From Gordius albopunctatus (Eukaryota), in NCBI GenBank assembly GCA_964276515.1, contig OZ193909.1:5580001-5644000 (forward strand): DNA of 64,000 nt, in the 5' to 3' direction. The position numbers were made by a program, and so were the translations under genes. A model generated the notes under the pieces. That model was given only the letters and a program-made list of their open reading frames with translations. It made no database searches and had not been told where the DNA came from. Shown piece by piece: positions 12,580-26,479 of the stretch (the first letter of the stretch is position 1; each line of letters starts with the position of its first letter).

Positions 12580-14525
12580 AGATAATTTGTAAAACATTTG
12601 CATATTTAAACCATAAATTTATAAGAGGTGTCCCATAAATTAAATGGTAGATAGAGGGAAAACATTACATCGATTTGAGATTTAATTTACGAGAGCCTTA
12701 ATTAAGTCGAGCAGTAATGGTGCTCATTAATCCCATATAACTTACAACTAACTTTAATGTTAAAATTTTTAATTTACGTTCAAAGATTGTTGGTCGACCT
12801 AGAGTTGCTTTTAAACAAGAAAGATTTTAGGTGGCAAAATAACAGGTAGCCAAGTAACTAGCTAGCTGGTATGGGCAGATTTAGCCATAAATCTATGGAC
12901 TACGCTTTTAAATCGAAATAGTAAATTAGATGGGGTTTGTCGCAGTCATTTAAGTGGCGAAGCCTCTAATTTTCTCCTTTTATTTAATAGAGAAATACGT
13001 ATTTTGGCAAAGTTTTTCACTTGTAATCTATGAGATAAAATAAGAGACTACAGAAACCCAATAATCGATTTAAAATTTTAAATGGCTATGTTTTTTATGT
13101 TTTTAAACAGTTAAAGAAGGTTCATAACACAAAGTGATTAAGCGAAATCTCAAACTATGTACTTATGGTTTTACTTAATATCTGATGTTGGACCAGGTCG
13201 GCAGTGAGCTATAAAACTCTAAATTGTAATCAAAACATTTTGATGCAAACTTTTGTATATCTCTTACACATATGATGACTCATGTCGTTTCATCAATAAA
13301 AAGTGGGATATTAAGGCAAAAGGAATTAATATCGTTTCCTATAGTTGGATATAACTTTAAATATCATATCGAGCCATGTGTTGACCCGTGCACATAACCA
13401 GACTGAATAAGAATTTAAATTTACTTTAGCAACCTACTTTTAATTTAATATATTAACAATGCCAACGCTAGCATATATTTAAGCCGTGGAATGCCTTCGT
13501 TTTAATAACATAACCAAAAGAGATTTTGCGAATCAAATTAGTCATATCTGTTTTTATGCACAAGAATCATTACAAATCGGACTATAGGTTAAAATCAATT
13601 GAAACTAAACTATTTTTTCGGCTGTTTAGTGACAGTTACTATTTTTTTGTCAAAATTAGGCTTCGATAACCACAAACAAACGCAAATATAAACCTAAAAT
13701 TAATTGACTATATGGGGATTTAGGTAATATTCCGTAAAAAATCTTAATATAAATTTGGTATAAAATTTTATTTCTGCCCCCTCAATTAATTTTTAAACCA
13801 TTTAACTCTCTTACTATTGTAAATTATGGCCAAACGTGTGTGATTATCAAAGAATAATTAAAAGCAATGCACGTTAAAAATTTAAACACATCGACGTTTA
13901 TAAGAGATGTCAATATTGATTTGCAAACAAATCCTTTGATATTCATCTACTAAATGCTTAATAAAGTAAAGACATACAGGACGAAATTCCTCGACTAACA
14001 TCAAATAAATAATGATTAAGTGGGGATAATTTAGGAGCCTTTTGTTATTTTATTACATCCATCCCCCCAAGACTTAAAGGAAATTAGGTGCAAATTTAAG
14101 AGGGGGGAGGGGCTAAGGATTCTTGTGTCAATAGTTTATGTAAATTTTAATATTTACATATTCCACCAGAATATATTAGCTGAATCATCTATATACTTTT
14201 GATTTTAATAACTTGCACAAAATTATTCATAACACTTTGATATGTGTTGAGAACCAAAAAGGTAAGGCCCCTTTAATTGCCTTGAGGGTACAGGCCGAAA
14301 AGATTAATCCACAGAGAAGAAAACACTTAACTGCTATAAAGGGTATAGTCTAAATATGCCTTTGAAGATTATATTATCTAACAAAATACTAATTGGAAAT
14401 CTTTTAATACCTATCACAACTTAGTAATTAAAAAACTATTGATACATCATAAATTTTATCATTAAAATAAAAATAAGTAGTTTTATTAAATAAGCAATCC
14501 AATATTATGTTAAGTATTCATGAAA
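12580..14525 (-). pseudogene. Copy A of a ~2 kb diverged tandem duplication; possibly decayed coding sequence
   Basis: Collinear shared blocks with 15250-17550: ACGCTTTTAAATCGA, AAGCCTCTAATTT, ATCGACGTTTA, TTGCAAACAAATC, AAAAAGGTAA, ACTATTGATACAT. Confidence 0.45.
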
Positions 14526-15249
14526 CTTGTACGAGTTACAATATAATAATAAATATGTATGCCTTTTTAATTTAATATTCATAATAACTTTTATTTTGCA
14601 TCTATCTCATAGATATATATATGAAGAATTTTATTAAACTTTATTCTATATTTATTTTTCAATATTGAGAGAAATATAAACTTTGATAAACCCTTATTTA
14701 ATTGTTTACAATAGCTACACAAATTGTATTTATATGTACGAAATAAAACATCTAAATTTATAAAAACTATTAAATTTACCTCAAATGATATACTCTTTTA
14801 TAAACTATTTTATGTTAGTAATATATTAGAATCGGCAGACACCTATGATATTAATATTTAAAATATATCTAAAAATTGCGTGTTATAACCCTAACATATA
14901 TCTTCTATTTCAAATTAAGTATTGGATGTTTACAGCTAAAATTGCTATATTTTAATAATGATTATAAATAATGATAATCTTAACAAAAATATTTTATATT
15001 CATTTAAAATGCAAATATTTATAATTACATTATCTTAATACCATTTTTAGTGATTAATATTACCACCTTTTTTTGATAATATTGAAAAATTATAATATAG
15101 ACGACATTCATTGATATGACTTTGAAAGATTTTAGGGAAATATTGTCTTTTATCGTTTACTTGTAGGCGACCTTTAAGCATTTATTAAATATTTTTAGTG
15201 GAATACCTGAAAATCAATAACGATTCACTCAAAAACGTATAAGAAGATG

Positions 15250-17550
15250 AGGATTAATTTGTAAAATAATAACGGAACTAAATCCCCCTATTTAAGCCAT
15301 AAATTTATATAAGGTGTGCCATTAGTTATATGCAAGGCAAAGCTTATAGTTTAGAGCATTAAGGGAGGTGTAATATACAAGGGCTCTATTAGAGAGCTAA
15401 GGAGGATGGAAATTGGCACTCATTCACCCCTGATAATTTAAAATTAAACTTTAGGTTTAAATTTCAAATTCACACCAAAAAATCATTTTAAATCCTCAAC
15501 CTTAAGTTTTTTTTAAATATAACAGTCAGAAGAGGGCTGGGTAATAAGTAAAAGGATGCGATAACAGAACAGGTAACCAAAAAATTGAATGGCTGGTATG
15601 TGAAGGAATTTATTCAAAATTCTATGCACCACGCTTTTAAATCGATATTGTTTATTATGATGTCCTCTCATCGCAGTCGTTGAGGTGGATTCCAAGCCTC
15701 TAATTTCGAGCTCGGTTCCTTCTCGATCCGATTATTATGAAGATAAATACGTAATTTAACAACAATTTTGAGTAAGATGCTGGTAATATATTTTAATTGA
15801 GTCTTAACAGCGCCACCCGCATATGCTTGGAAGTTTTCAACCGATTTAAGAAATAGCATGTCTAAATCATGGTCTCTAGATACATGTTTTCAGGTTTTTA
15901 ACTGTTAAAAGATTTCTTATATGTAATTAGGATATATTATGGAAATCCTCAAGGCTTTATTATATACACTATGGCTTTACTTAAAATGTGATAAATCAAA
16001 CCATTTGAGGGGAACTCAAAAATTTAAATTGATATTAAGTCAAATTTCGCAAACCTTTTGCATTTATCACTTATGCATTCTTAACACTTAAAAATGGCAT
16101 AACAAATATATTTTTAACTTAGAAGTTGTCCTTTATTTTATTATCAGAAACATTACATACTAGTCCATGTATAGTAGCAAAGGGGATACCTTAATAGCGT
16201 ATCCTATTATTTTGCTTTAGGTACTTTTATATAAAGCAATGTGCTCAGCCGTGTACATTATTAGACCGGGCAAAAAATAATTTTTACTAAAAATCTACTT
16301 TTAGTTAATTACTCTTACACTGTTATTATTTGTAAGATTAAAAGAATTTTTTTTTGAAAATAACGGGCCTAAATTAATAGAATAATGATAGTTAAAACGA
16401 GGTGAAATTAGAGATAGGATATAGCCAAAAAATGAGCTCGACCAAGTTCCACACATATAAAAAATCGGATTTATGAGCCTCTATTTTTTTATTGTGTTAA
16501 CAGAATTACTCATTTCACCAAGGTACAAATCAATGAAAACTAAATACTTTTGACTGTAGAATAAAAATAAAATTTCGTGCAAATTAACCTAATTATAACT
16601 GGGAACACAAGCAATAATTGGATTAAAGGAATGGAGAACCGATTTGGACAAAAATTTCATTTCTGCCATACCTCCCAATTAATTTTATTAAAACATCTAC
16701 CTCCTTTCCGAATTAAAATTTCCAATTACCTGGCCACGACCAAACTTGTGCGTAAGGAAATTATACAATAATTAAAAAAAACGCACGTTTAAAAATATAT
16801 AATATCGACGTTTAGTGAACAATATCGATTTTGCAAACAAATCTTTAGTTATTTATTAATTATATGCATGATAGAGTAAGGACATATAGGACGGAATTTC
16901 TAGCGAACATCAAAGATATGATCAACTGAAGATAATTTAAAAGGCCTTTCATATTTTATAACATCCCCCCAAAATTCAAAGGAATTTACTTGCAAATGAT
17001 TGGAAATTAAGGGGGCGGAGGACGGTTTGGCAATTCCTGTATTTATATTAGATTATGTAAAATTTAATATTTAGGTACAAATTTCATTTAAGTATGATAG
17101 CTGAACACTAGGGACTATTGATTTAAAATAATTTTTTTAGTCGTGTATGTTATTTATTTTATTTTATTTTTTCTGTATACCATTTTAAAATAAATTGTTT
17201 TCTTTCTTAAAAAAACTTGCAAATAGTTTTAATGTACACACTGTGTTAAGTGTTGGAGACTAAAAAGGTAAATCCCTTCTAATTGTCTTGGTAAAACAGG
17301 AGGTGGTGTTTGTGTAAACGATTAATTCATAATTGAGAAGATCTACTTAACTTCTTTAAAAGTTAAATTCTATATATGCATTTAAAGAATAAAATATTTG
17401 AAAAAGCAAGAAATCATAATAATACTACCGCTTACAACGAATTCAAAACTATTGATACATTATAAATTCGCATTAATTTTATACATTATAATTTAAATTT
17501 TATTTAACAGACGTTAATTATATTAAAACCAATATTAAGTGTATATGAGT
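15250..17550 (-). pseudogene. Copy B of the same duplication
   Basis: Same collinear blocks. Minus-strand peptides match copy A (RFKSVVHR, KLEA, FRP.C.Y, ICLQ, RQL.G.YLF) but contain stops and frameshifts. Confidence 0.45.
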
Positions 17551-18025
17551 TGATAGCCCAAACGAGCTTTTATATTTTTCTTAATTTTAGCTTTAATTGG
17601 CAATCTTACTCACCCATGGGCGTAGCCAGGTTTTGGATTAGGGGGGGGGGGCAAAACGTATAAAAGTTTAATTAGAGGGGGTCAAAACATAAAAAATTTA
17701 ATTTGTCATAGTTTTTGCATTGAAAATATTTTTTCCTTTCGCGTTTTTAATGCCCTGAATTGCCGGTTGAGGGCATCTTTGGAAAATAATTGGCCAAATT
17801 ATCTAATTGCTGCTCCATTGTATAATTGCTAAACGGCTCCTTTCTTTTGTCATTGTTATACCGCTACTAATTCGTACGATCTTGTTTCGAAATTGCCGCT
17901 TGACGCTTAAATAACAATCAATCTTATTTCACCGAGCTTAAATATTAAGGTATTGATTTTTTGCCTTTGGTGATAGAAAATAACAATTAATTTCTTACCC
18001 AGTCAGCGGATAAAAGAATGAACAG

Positions 18026-18195
18026 GTAAGGCTGGCCATAGACCTTTAGTTAATTGCTGTGTTGTGTAACGTTATTTGAATGAGTTTGCCTCGTTGTCCT
18101 TTATCCTAATCAATATACCTAGACTTTGCTTTCGTTTAAATTTACTTATATATATCCATTTCTTCAACTAATTATAGACGGTATTTTGCTTATAG
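18026..18195 (+). other. Probable 5' UTR intron of the GPCR
   Basis: Donor CAG|GTAAGG at 18026 and acceptor TTTTGCTTATAG at 18195, 75 nt before the ATG. Confidence 0.45.
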
Positions 18196-18270
18196 AAAAA
18201 TGCAACAAGCTTCTCTGACGAAGTCCACTTTCATCTTTAATAAGGCGTCGTAAGCCTTCTACCACCATTT

Positions 18271-20058
18271 ATGGGGACATCAGGCAATTTTACCGATTTT
18301 TTGAGGGTTTCCCTACCAATGCAAACTGAGCACACGTTGTCTGATGTTATTCATATAGATCCTCCACTAGGCTATCAGAGCCAACTACCTCAACCGGACA
18401 TAGAAGATGAGTCCCCTTACGCTCTGTCTACAAATTTAATAGTACAAGTCACGTTTTATTTCGTGTACTCCGCCATATTCGTAGTAGCTGTGACGGGGAA
18501 TTCTTTGGTCCTTTACGTCGTGTCTCGCAATCCCTTTATGCAAACGCCCACTAACCTATTTATAACAAATTTGGCAGCTTCGGATTTGCTCATGAATTTT
18601 TTGGCGGTTCCTTTTACGCCACTCTCGTCGTTCTTAGATTCATGGATTTTTGGTAAGCCTATGTGCCACATAGTTCCCATGGTCCAAGGTTGTGCAGTAT
18701 ACGTGTCGACCCTAACCCTGACTGCCATAGCGTTAGACCGGTACCAAGTGATGTTTAATCCATTTTCGCCCAAAAAGAGCAAAAGCACCTGTTTTACCAT
18801 CATACTTTGCATTTGGATATGCGCACTTAGTTTAGTAGCTCCGCTGGCAGTCTTCATGGAATTAAAAATAGGGGACGATGGTTTAATGCACTGCGAAGAG
18901 AATTGGCCCATGGAGGCCCTGGAACGGGCTTATAGCTTTGGAACACTCGTTTTACAATATTTTGTTCCTCTTTGTATTATAGCATATTGCTACGTAAAAG
19001 TCTCTTCCAAGATAACTGAGAGAGTAAAAAATAGAAGCCACAACTTTTCGGGCAATAGGCAAAAGGCGCGCGACGAAAATAAACGCAAGGATAGGACAAA
19101 TCGTATGTTAATTGCTATGGTAGCCGTCTTCGCTATTTGCTGGCTACCACTAAATCTCATCCACGTCATCAGTGGTTTGAGACTAAAACTAATATTTTGG
19201 AAGTATTTTATTATACTATTTTTCGTGTGTCACGTATTGGCTATGAGTTCCACGTGTTACAACCCTATGATATATGCTTGGATGAATGACTCTTTCCGTA
19301 AAGAATTTATAGCTGTTCTTCCTTGCTTTCACGAAAATGAAGCGTCCAATAGCACGGCTCATAGAGACAAACCCTACTCAACCTTGTCTAATAAGAGGGC
19401 TACCAATAGTTATAACGTCAAGGCAAGCTCTTCCCCAACTAAAAATTTGAAAGCAGAAAGATCATCATTAAACGAGAATTTGAAGGGATTAAGAAAAAAT
19501 TCGAAAATAGATAGAAAACAACACATTTCTCATGCTGAGTATACCAAAACTCAAGGCGATAATAAAAATAGGAAAAGTTCGAAAAATAGTCTACAAGATA
19601 CCATTTTAAATGAAAGAGAAGTTTCGGTAGCTGATATGCAGCCAAATGATACACCATTATTAAATGCCAAAGAAAAGAGTGAAAAATCTGTGATTACTAT
19701 AAATGAATCTAACATGATATTCGTGAATCAAATATCTAAATCACAGGCAATTCAATTTAGCAAATCAATTTCGTCGAGCATGGAAGCATCATCTAGTGCG
19801 AGTGATTCCAATCATCATCCTAAAACAAATAATCAAAATGGCAAAATGTCTAAAAAGACAAAATCAATCAAAGTTTTAGACCCAAACGCGTCACTAGCTG
19901 CTTTCTTGAGAAGTAATTCTCCCGTTAATTCGTCCTCCAACTTGTTGGGACTCATAAAAAGGGCTTCTATTATCAAAAATCCCTTTCTTAGCCCCACAGA
20001 AACTCAAAGATTGACTGTTCATAATAATGTCAAGTATACGAATTTTGAAATTGTTTAA
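18271..20058 (+). CDS. Class A neuropeptide GPCR, sNPF receptor / prolactin-releasing peptide receptor-like, 595 aa, intronless CDS
   Basis: Seven hydrophobic helices with GN, LAASD, DRY, W(4.50), CWLP and NPMIY motifs. TM7 HVLAMSSTCYNPMIYAWMNDSFRKEF resembles sNPF-R/PRLHR. Confidence 0.93.
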   Translation: MGTSGNFTDFLRVSLPMQTEHTLSDVIHIDPPLGYQSQLPQPDIEDESPYALSTNLIVQVTFYFVYSAIFVVAVTGNSLVLYVVSRNPFMQTPTNLFITNLAASDLLMNFLAVPFTPLSSFLDSWIFGKPMCHIVPMVQGCAVYVSTLTLTAIALDRYQVMFNPFSPKKSKSTCFTIILCIWICALSLVAPLAVFMELKIGDDGLMHCEENWPMEALERAYSFGTLVLQYFVPLCIIAYCYVKVSSKITERVKNRSHNFSGNRQKARDENKRKDRTNRMLIAMVAVFAICWLPLNLIHVISGLRLKLIFWKYFIILFFVCHVLAMSSTCYNPMIYAWMNDSFRKEFIAVLPCFHENEASNSTAHRDKPYSTLSNKRATNSYNVKASSSPTKNLKAERSSLNENLKGLRKNSKIDRKQHISHAEYTKTQGDNKNRKSSKNSLQDTILNEREVSVADMQPNDTPLLNAKEKSEKSVITINESNMIFVNQISKSQAIQFSKSISSSMEASSSASDSNHHPKTNNQNGKMSKKTKSIKVLDPNASLAAFLRSNSPVNSSSNLLGLIKRASIIKNPFLSPTETQRLTVHNNVKYTNFEIV

Positions 20059-23000
20059 CTCGGACCCTGATACTAACGGACAAAAATCAGTAATTATATT
20101 AATTTAGACAATATGTATAGTTGTGGCTAATTACAAAATGTAAATTATATTTAGCAACTATTAAAAGTTATAAGAATAGTGAAAAAACCGTTATTAAGTT
20201 TAAAAGATTTTGTCTCTCGTAAAAAAATTTAAGAGATACATTCACATTTCGTTCTATTCAAGGACATTATCAGATTAAAATAAAATGAATTGATAAGTAA
20301 AAAATAAAATAATACAATTAAATAGAACGTTGTATAGTGAGGGTAATATGATAATGTAAAAGTGGATAGATCTTCCCTCTATTTCTTCAAAAGTGTTGGG
20401 TTTAATCTTCTAATGAAGAAGGATTCTAGAGTTTTTCTTTTGAAATAAGTTTCAGTATTTAGTAAAATTGTTGTTTTAAATTTATTAGAAATGGCTGTTA
20501 CATTTGCATTGGGGCGATATAACGCCGCTAGATGTTCCTTAAGCCATGTTCAAAATATCTATTTTTTCCCCAAAATACAAATTATTGCATTGATTACAAA
20601 CTATTTTATCTATTAGGTTGTTTGTTCTAGTAGGAGAAGTTTGGTATTTATTTTGTATAATATTTAATAAAGGTCTGTTGGTTTCTGACCTATTAATATC
20701 TTGTTTATAATATAACTCTTTAAAATGTTTTTATGTTTCTTATGAAACTATAAGGAATGTTTGGAAATGTTATAAAAACTTTATCACTTGTATTATTTTA
20801 TTTTTTACTTATCAATTCATTTTGTTTTAAGCTGATAATGTCCTTGAATAGGACGAAATATTATTATAATAATTATAATTATTTTTTAAAGCCCTTTAAT
20901 GTTCTTGTGATTAATAAATCTCTTAAAAACGTTATCAAGGTTTTATATTAGATAAATTGTTTAAATCTTATTCTTTTTTATAATATGCTTAAGTTGCCAG
21001 GATTATTATATAGGATAAGTTTTTGTCACAAAATCATGCGAACCATTAATACAATCGTTATATTGATATTGCATCAAAAAACAGTCAGGGGTTTCTTAGG
21101 AAAATTCTATTTCTTTAAAATATGAGGGGGGGGGGGGGTACAATTTTTTACTAAAACTTGCAATACATGTTAATAATATAGGTGATAAGTGGCAGCGGGA
21201 CTCGTTTAGCAGCATTTTATATCTCCATTTTACTTATGATAAAAATGCAGGCAAACACTAAGCTGAATCAGGCAATTTTTCTACACTTTTAGAGACCAAT
21301 ATTATTAATCTACCCCCAACTATTTTATTGTGTAGCTCGATGTATTTTATAAATTTAGTCTTTGATTTAGGATATCTGGCACGAATTAAAGCTAATAATA
21401 ATTATTCTATAGCTGCTCGTGGTGAGCTTTTGTTAGGATCTGTAGTCTATATTTCCATTTTTAAATAAACAGTTTTTTTGTCTATTGGCTGCATATATTT
21501 CCATAAAAAGGGGACCCAGCCAATTTTCTAAAAAAAACGATCTGTATCCATCAATTTAGAAAACGTTTGTTTTTGCCATATAGGTTTCGAGACATTGAAT
21601 AGGAGGAAATTTAGGGTGTTAGCTTATGTAAGATTGTTTAAATTTTAAAATAAGTAAATTACAATACTATGACATGGATTTTGACGTTAGTAATTAGTGT
21701 TTTTATAAACTTTTTCTTAGGCAGGTGTGTTAGAAATTCAGGCGACGCCCGAAATAAACCCATCGCATAAATTTTGTAATTAAATTAATTCATTATTTGT
21801 AAACTATAGTTTTCTTTATTAAATCGTTTGAGTTGATACTTGATATAATATAAGTATAACTCTAGTTGTAGACAATCAAATATTGTTTCTTATAGGTGAG
21901 CATTTTTAGGAAAGGAATGAAACATGAATAGAAAGATAGATTCTGCAGACCAATATGGATTATTTAGTGGGCTCAATTGTACATCAATCATAAAAAACCA
22001 TTCGATTTGTAATCCTTTGAACTGCCGTGTGTTGTCTATATAATCATTTACCATAGGTTATAACCTAGAGCCTCATTAACGACACATTGTATGGCATCGT
22101 TTATGTTATGACACATAATTGACCTTTATAAATAACCCTGTGTTACGTCGATTGATGAATTGTGATCCAAGCTTACAACTCTCGTTTCCAATGATTGTCA
22201 CTAAAAAAATATCATATTATGCTTGGTACAAATGTTGCTATTTACATTCTATTTATTATGAAAAAATGGGAAATAAAAGAAATAAAATTGGCTTCTAATT
22301 ATTATACATCTGCTAATTTAATTAAATTGACCAAAAAGTAGGAAGTGTCGGAGCTAATTTCTAACATAAATTATTTTTCATAAGTAAAAAATTAAGTTTG
22401 AATTCACCAAATATGTATCTTATCGTAAGATATAAGGTATAGATAGATATAATAAAAAAATAATAAAAGGAATTTTCCAAAGTAAAAAGACTTTTAAAGG
22501 TAACAATAATCTTTAACAAATTTTCGTTTTATTGACGGATTTTTCATTTAATCAAATTTTGCTGATGTCTATTCATTTTTAAACGATTTTCGAAGATATC
22601 TTTTGGTTTTGCATTTAGTATGGTGAATTATTATTTGTATAAATAAAGGGAGTTGAGACAATAGCGGTTGAAGTCTGGTACTTCAGTTTTTGGAATTTGT
22701 AAATTTAATTTTCTATGGGTAATTACAAGGAAAATTATGGCATAAATAAGCTTTGCAAAAGGAAGCAAACAATATTAAAATGATGTTAACATGTTTAAAA
22801 GGGTCTAATTTATAGCCATTTTTTAGTAAGTGTTAAGATAATATATTAATTTTTTGTTTTATTTGTCAAAATATTTAATAGATTAATTAGTGACAACAAT
22901 TCCACCCTAGGATTTTTGTCGTTTTGAGAAAATAACAATATCCGAAAAAATTATTAAAAAACGGATCTCTATACTTAAGCGATCTCCTCTACATATATAA

Positions 23001-23204
23001 ATATGCCTTCAATATTGTAGTATATTAATTTTTATTAGCTAAAATTTAACACAAAAAGATTAACATAATATTGATCCTAAAATTTTTTGATCATCATGAA
23101 TTTGAAGTTGGTTTTAATAGCCGGTTTCCGACCTGACTCGAACCCTCCACATTTTCCACACAGCTTTGGACAGTCGTAGGTAGTGTAAGTATTCGAAGAA
23201 GCCG

Positions 23205-23540
23205 AGATCGTAAGACCGGTGTTACTCTATGGAAGTGAAGTATGGGCATTAAACACCACAGAAAGAAAGCTATTACACGCCACTTTTTCATGACAAAAAT
23301 GGGTATTCAACCTATGGCGGATATGATTAACAAAAATCGGCTAAGGTGGTATGGGCATATACTAAGAAGAGACACTAATGACGTAAATCAAATAGTACTG
23401 AATGGAGGTACCGGGGAAGAGAGGAAGAGGATGACCCCGTGTCACGTGGAAAGGGCAAGTCGACAAAGTTATGGAAACTAAAGAGATTAGTCACGACATG
23501 GCACTCACCCGGTCAAGATGGAAGAAACTTATCAAAACAA
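23205..23540 (+). mobile_element. 3' fragment of RTE-like LINE
   Basis: Translates IVRPVLLYGSEVWAL and NRLRWYGHILRR, the post-RT motifs of RTE-clade ORFs; frameshifted. Confidence 0.8.
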
Positions 23541-24489
23541 ACCTTATGACTGTAGGACCAATGTTTTTAAATCCTTATATGTGTCTTAAAATCTTTTATT
23601 CAACTAAACTAGAATAATTATATTCATTTAAATTAGTTATTAATAAAAAATTATGAATTATGAAAAGACTTTGTATAGAAGATTTTTCCCCTGAAAACAC
23701 CAATCCCTTGTAATGCTAGTAAGTCCTTAAGCTTTTATGTTTATTAATTGTATTGTTATAGTAATTGATATTAGCTAAAACTTGTTTTTTTTTATTATTA
23801 ACAACTTGAGAATTTTTTTCAGATCAAACTCTGATAATTTTGCTTTGGTTTCCCCATAAAAATTTGACGAAACTTTTAATCAACATTTCTTTAATTTCAA
23901 CAAAATGTCAATATTTTCTGCCAGTTGAATAACTAGCATAAGATCCATCTCTCTTTTTAAGGTATAAAAGTGATAGTAAATGCTCTGATTGCTAAGCTGG
24001 TTATATAGCGCCTTGAAGTTTCGCATATATTGTAGGCGAAATTTATTTTTGTTACATTATAAATAAAAGTGACGAATTTTTTTATGAATTTTTCCACCCC
24101 ATTGAGAAAATCATGGCTACACGCCTGGTGCCTTTTATTTTGCTATTTCAAATACACTATGATCGCAGGTTGGCTTTAATTTTTTGACCTCGCCTTAGCC
24201 TAAATTCCATTATTGTTTATGAGTTCGACTGATTAGCTTTAAACATAAATTCAGTTTGTAACTTGTCTAGGATGTTGTTATATATCGGATGTTTGCGAAA
24301 CTGCCTAAATGATTCCGGCCAAATTAATAATGACCGTTGTTTACTTATACTTTATCTGACCCCGGCCAAAGACAGAAATTATTGCTATTTTAATTGTATA
24401 TTTGCTGCTTTGTGAATTATTGTTTCTTTTTGTTATTAACATAAATTTTGCATTGATAATATATTGTTCTTGTTAATAAGATTAAAAAT

Positions 24490-25285
24490 ATAGTCTATTT
24501 GGCAGTCTGCTGGCTACTGACTAATGAAAAGGACCACTGGCCCAAGCGGGATTGGAAAATTTTTTCGTTTTTTTAATATGTGGCCCTTAGGTATTAAGAC
24601 GCTTTTTGACCTGCTGACTACTGACCATTAGAGAAAATGGCCACTGCCCAAAGTGTATATAAAATTATTTTTTTATATATTATAATTATAGGCTATTTGG
24701 CCGTTTGCTGATACTGTTCAATGGAAAAAAAGACCACTGGCCAAAGTGTAATTGAAATCAAACTTTTTTCTCTAGATTATAATTATTGGCTAGCTATTAG
24801 GCCGTCTGCTGACCAATGAAAAAATGACAAATGGTCAAAGTCTGTTGGAAAATTTTTTCGTTTTTTTAATATGAGGACCTGCTGACCATTAGAAAAAATG
24901 AACACTGGCCAAAGTGTATATCGAAAGTTTTTATTCTATTTTTTGCCCTTATATAATTTCTTTCCCACGTGTTACCGCACCCCACACCCCTTACAAGGTT
25001 CTTGATATATATAGTCTTACAAATTAGTTTGCCCGTCCTTTTTGCCTCCCTGCTTGACCATTGACCTCCCCCCACCACATAGGCATTCTCGCCCCTTCCC
25101 ACCTTTCTCGTCCATAAACTGCATAGCAGATATGCTACGTTTATACGGAGTATAGATGAGTTTCGTAAAAACAATACCCCAAAATATGCAAATGTACCAA
25201 AACGAAAAACGAACTCCAATTCGGACCCTCGGTTGGTGCCCCTTCCCTCCTGCCCCTCCCTCCCATCCCCCTCTTCCCTTCTCCC
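24490..25285 (+). mobile_element. Decayed DINE-1/HINE-like element
   Basis: Tandem units GCTGACCAATG..GACCA(C/T)TGGCCAAA plus a 3' block (GGCATTCTCGCCCCTTCCCACCTTTCTCG..TTTATACGGAGT) shared with 63050-63130. Confidence 0.7.
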
Positions 25286-25437
25286 ACCCCTGTTTTATTC
25301 TAATTAATATATTGCTGTATTCGGCTAAGCGTTGCTATGGACCAATCTCAAATTGGTCCTTAATTGATATAAATGGAAATATAATGGCACTATTTATAAA
25401 GTATATTCTATCAAATTCAATATATTAATGTTACATC

Positions 25438-25600
25438 CATGGGCGTAGCCAGGATTTAAATTACAGGAGGGTAAATGATTTTGGAAGAGCAAAATGATCA
25501 TTTTTCAAAATTTTAGCCATAATTGTATTAAATTTTTATGATTTTTTAAATTTAAATCGGAGCAGCCGCCCTTCCCTGCCTCCCCCTGGCTAAGGCCATG
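25438..25600. mobile_element. MITE, CATGGGCGTAGCCAG TIR
   Basis: CATGGGCGTAGCCAG...CTGGCTAAGGCCATG; TSD GTTACATC / GTTACACC. Confidence 0.85.
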
Positions 25601-26479
25601 GTTACACCCAAAATATTCTAAGATGAAGTGATTATATTTACAATGGCTTATCTAAGACAAAGCTATATGCTCTAAAAATTATTACCTTTTTATTACAGTC
25701 TTCTGGTATAAGTGAAAATTAACAGTGGCTTACAAATTTTTATATAATACTCCCAAAGATTTCTCTATAATATCGCACTTGCCTTACATATAAATGTAGA
25801 CTCCACTTTTCTAATGAATATCAACTTATTATTTTTTGTAAATGTTCAAACTGGGTGATAATCTTTTATTCAAGGGCCAACCAAAAAGTTATTATAAAAT
25901 TTTTGGAGGGGGTCTGCTAAGAAATCACAAAGAAAGTGAAAGTTTTGAGGCAATGAGTTGCGCGAACTGTTTAAGATAGCTTGTGTTACTTTCGTATTTA
26001 TAAAGGTAGATTTTAATTGTTAAAAGCCTATTAATTATATAAACATTAGTGTATTCGATCGAATGCAAAGCTGTGTCATAAAGGTGGTAATCTGTAGCGG
26101 GGGCATTGTGCAATAGTATTAATTTCAGAGAGCAAAAAAGGGAATTTTAATATGCCACCTCCTATATTCCTACAAACTCCCTTAATAAAATAATTTTTAA
26201 ATGTAGGAAATGTTGCATGTCCAAAATGTATGCCAAAGATCCAGAGCTAGTAGAGGGATGTCGATCTTAAACTAACTTACATGCAGAGCAGACATGGTTT
26301 ATTTTATAAACAAAGTAGTAAAATCGTTTAAAATCCCTACAAACAATTTAACACGATTAACTACAATAATGGAATCTGATAAAAGAGAGCGCATTCTTGT
26401 GCCTTTTCCATTGTTGTAATTGATTGTAGAAGCCATTGCTATAAAATTAAAACTATTTTCCGCAAAATTTAACCCTAAA

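Noticed and set aside
18513..18911. 132-aa antisense ORF (also 19439-19657, 29435-29647, 39006-39206, 54498-54770)
   Set aside because: Shadow ORFs opposite real exons.
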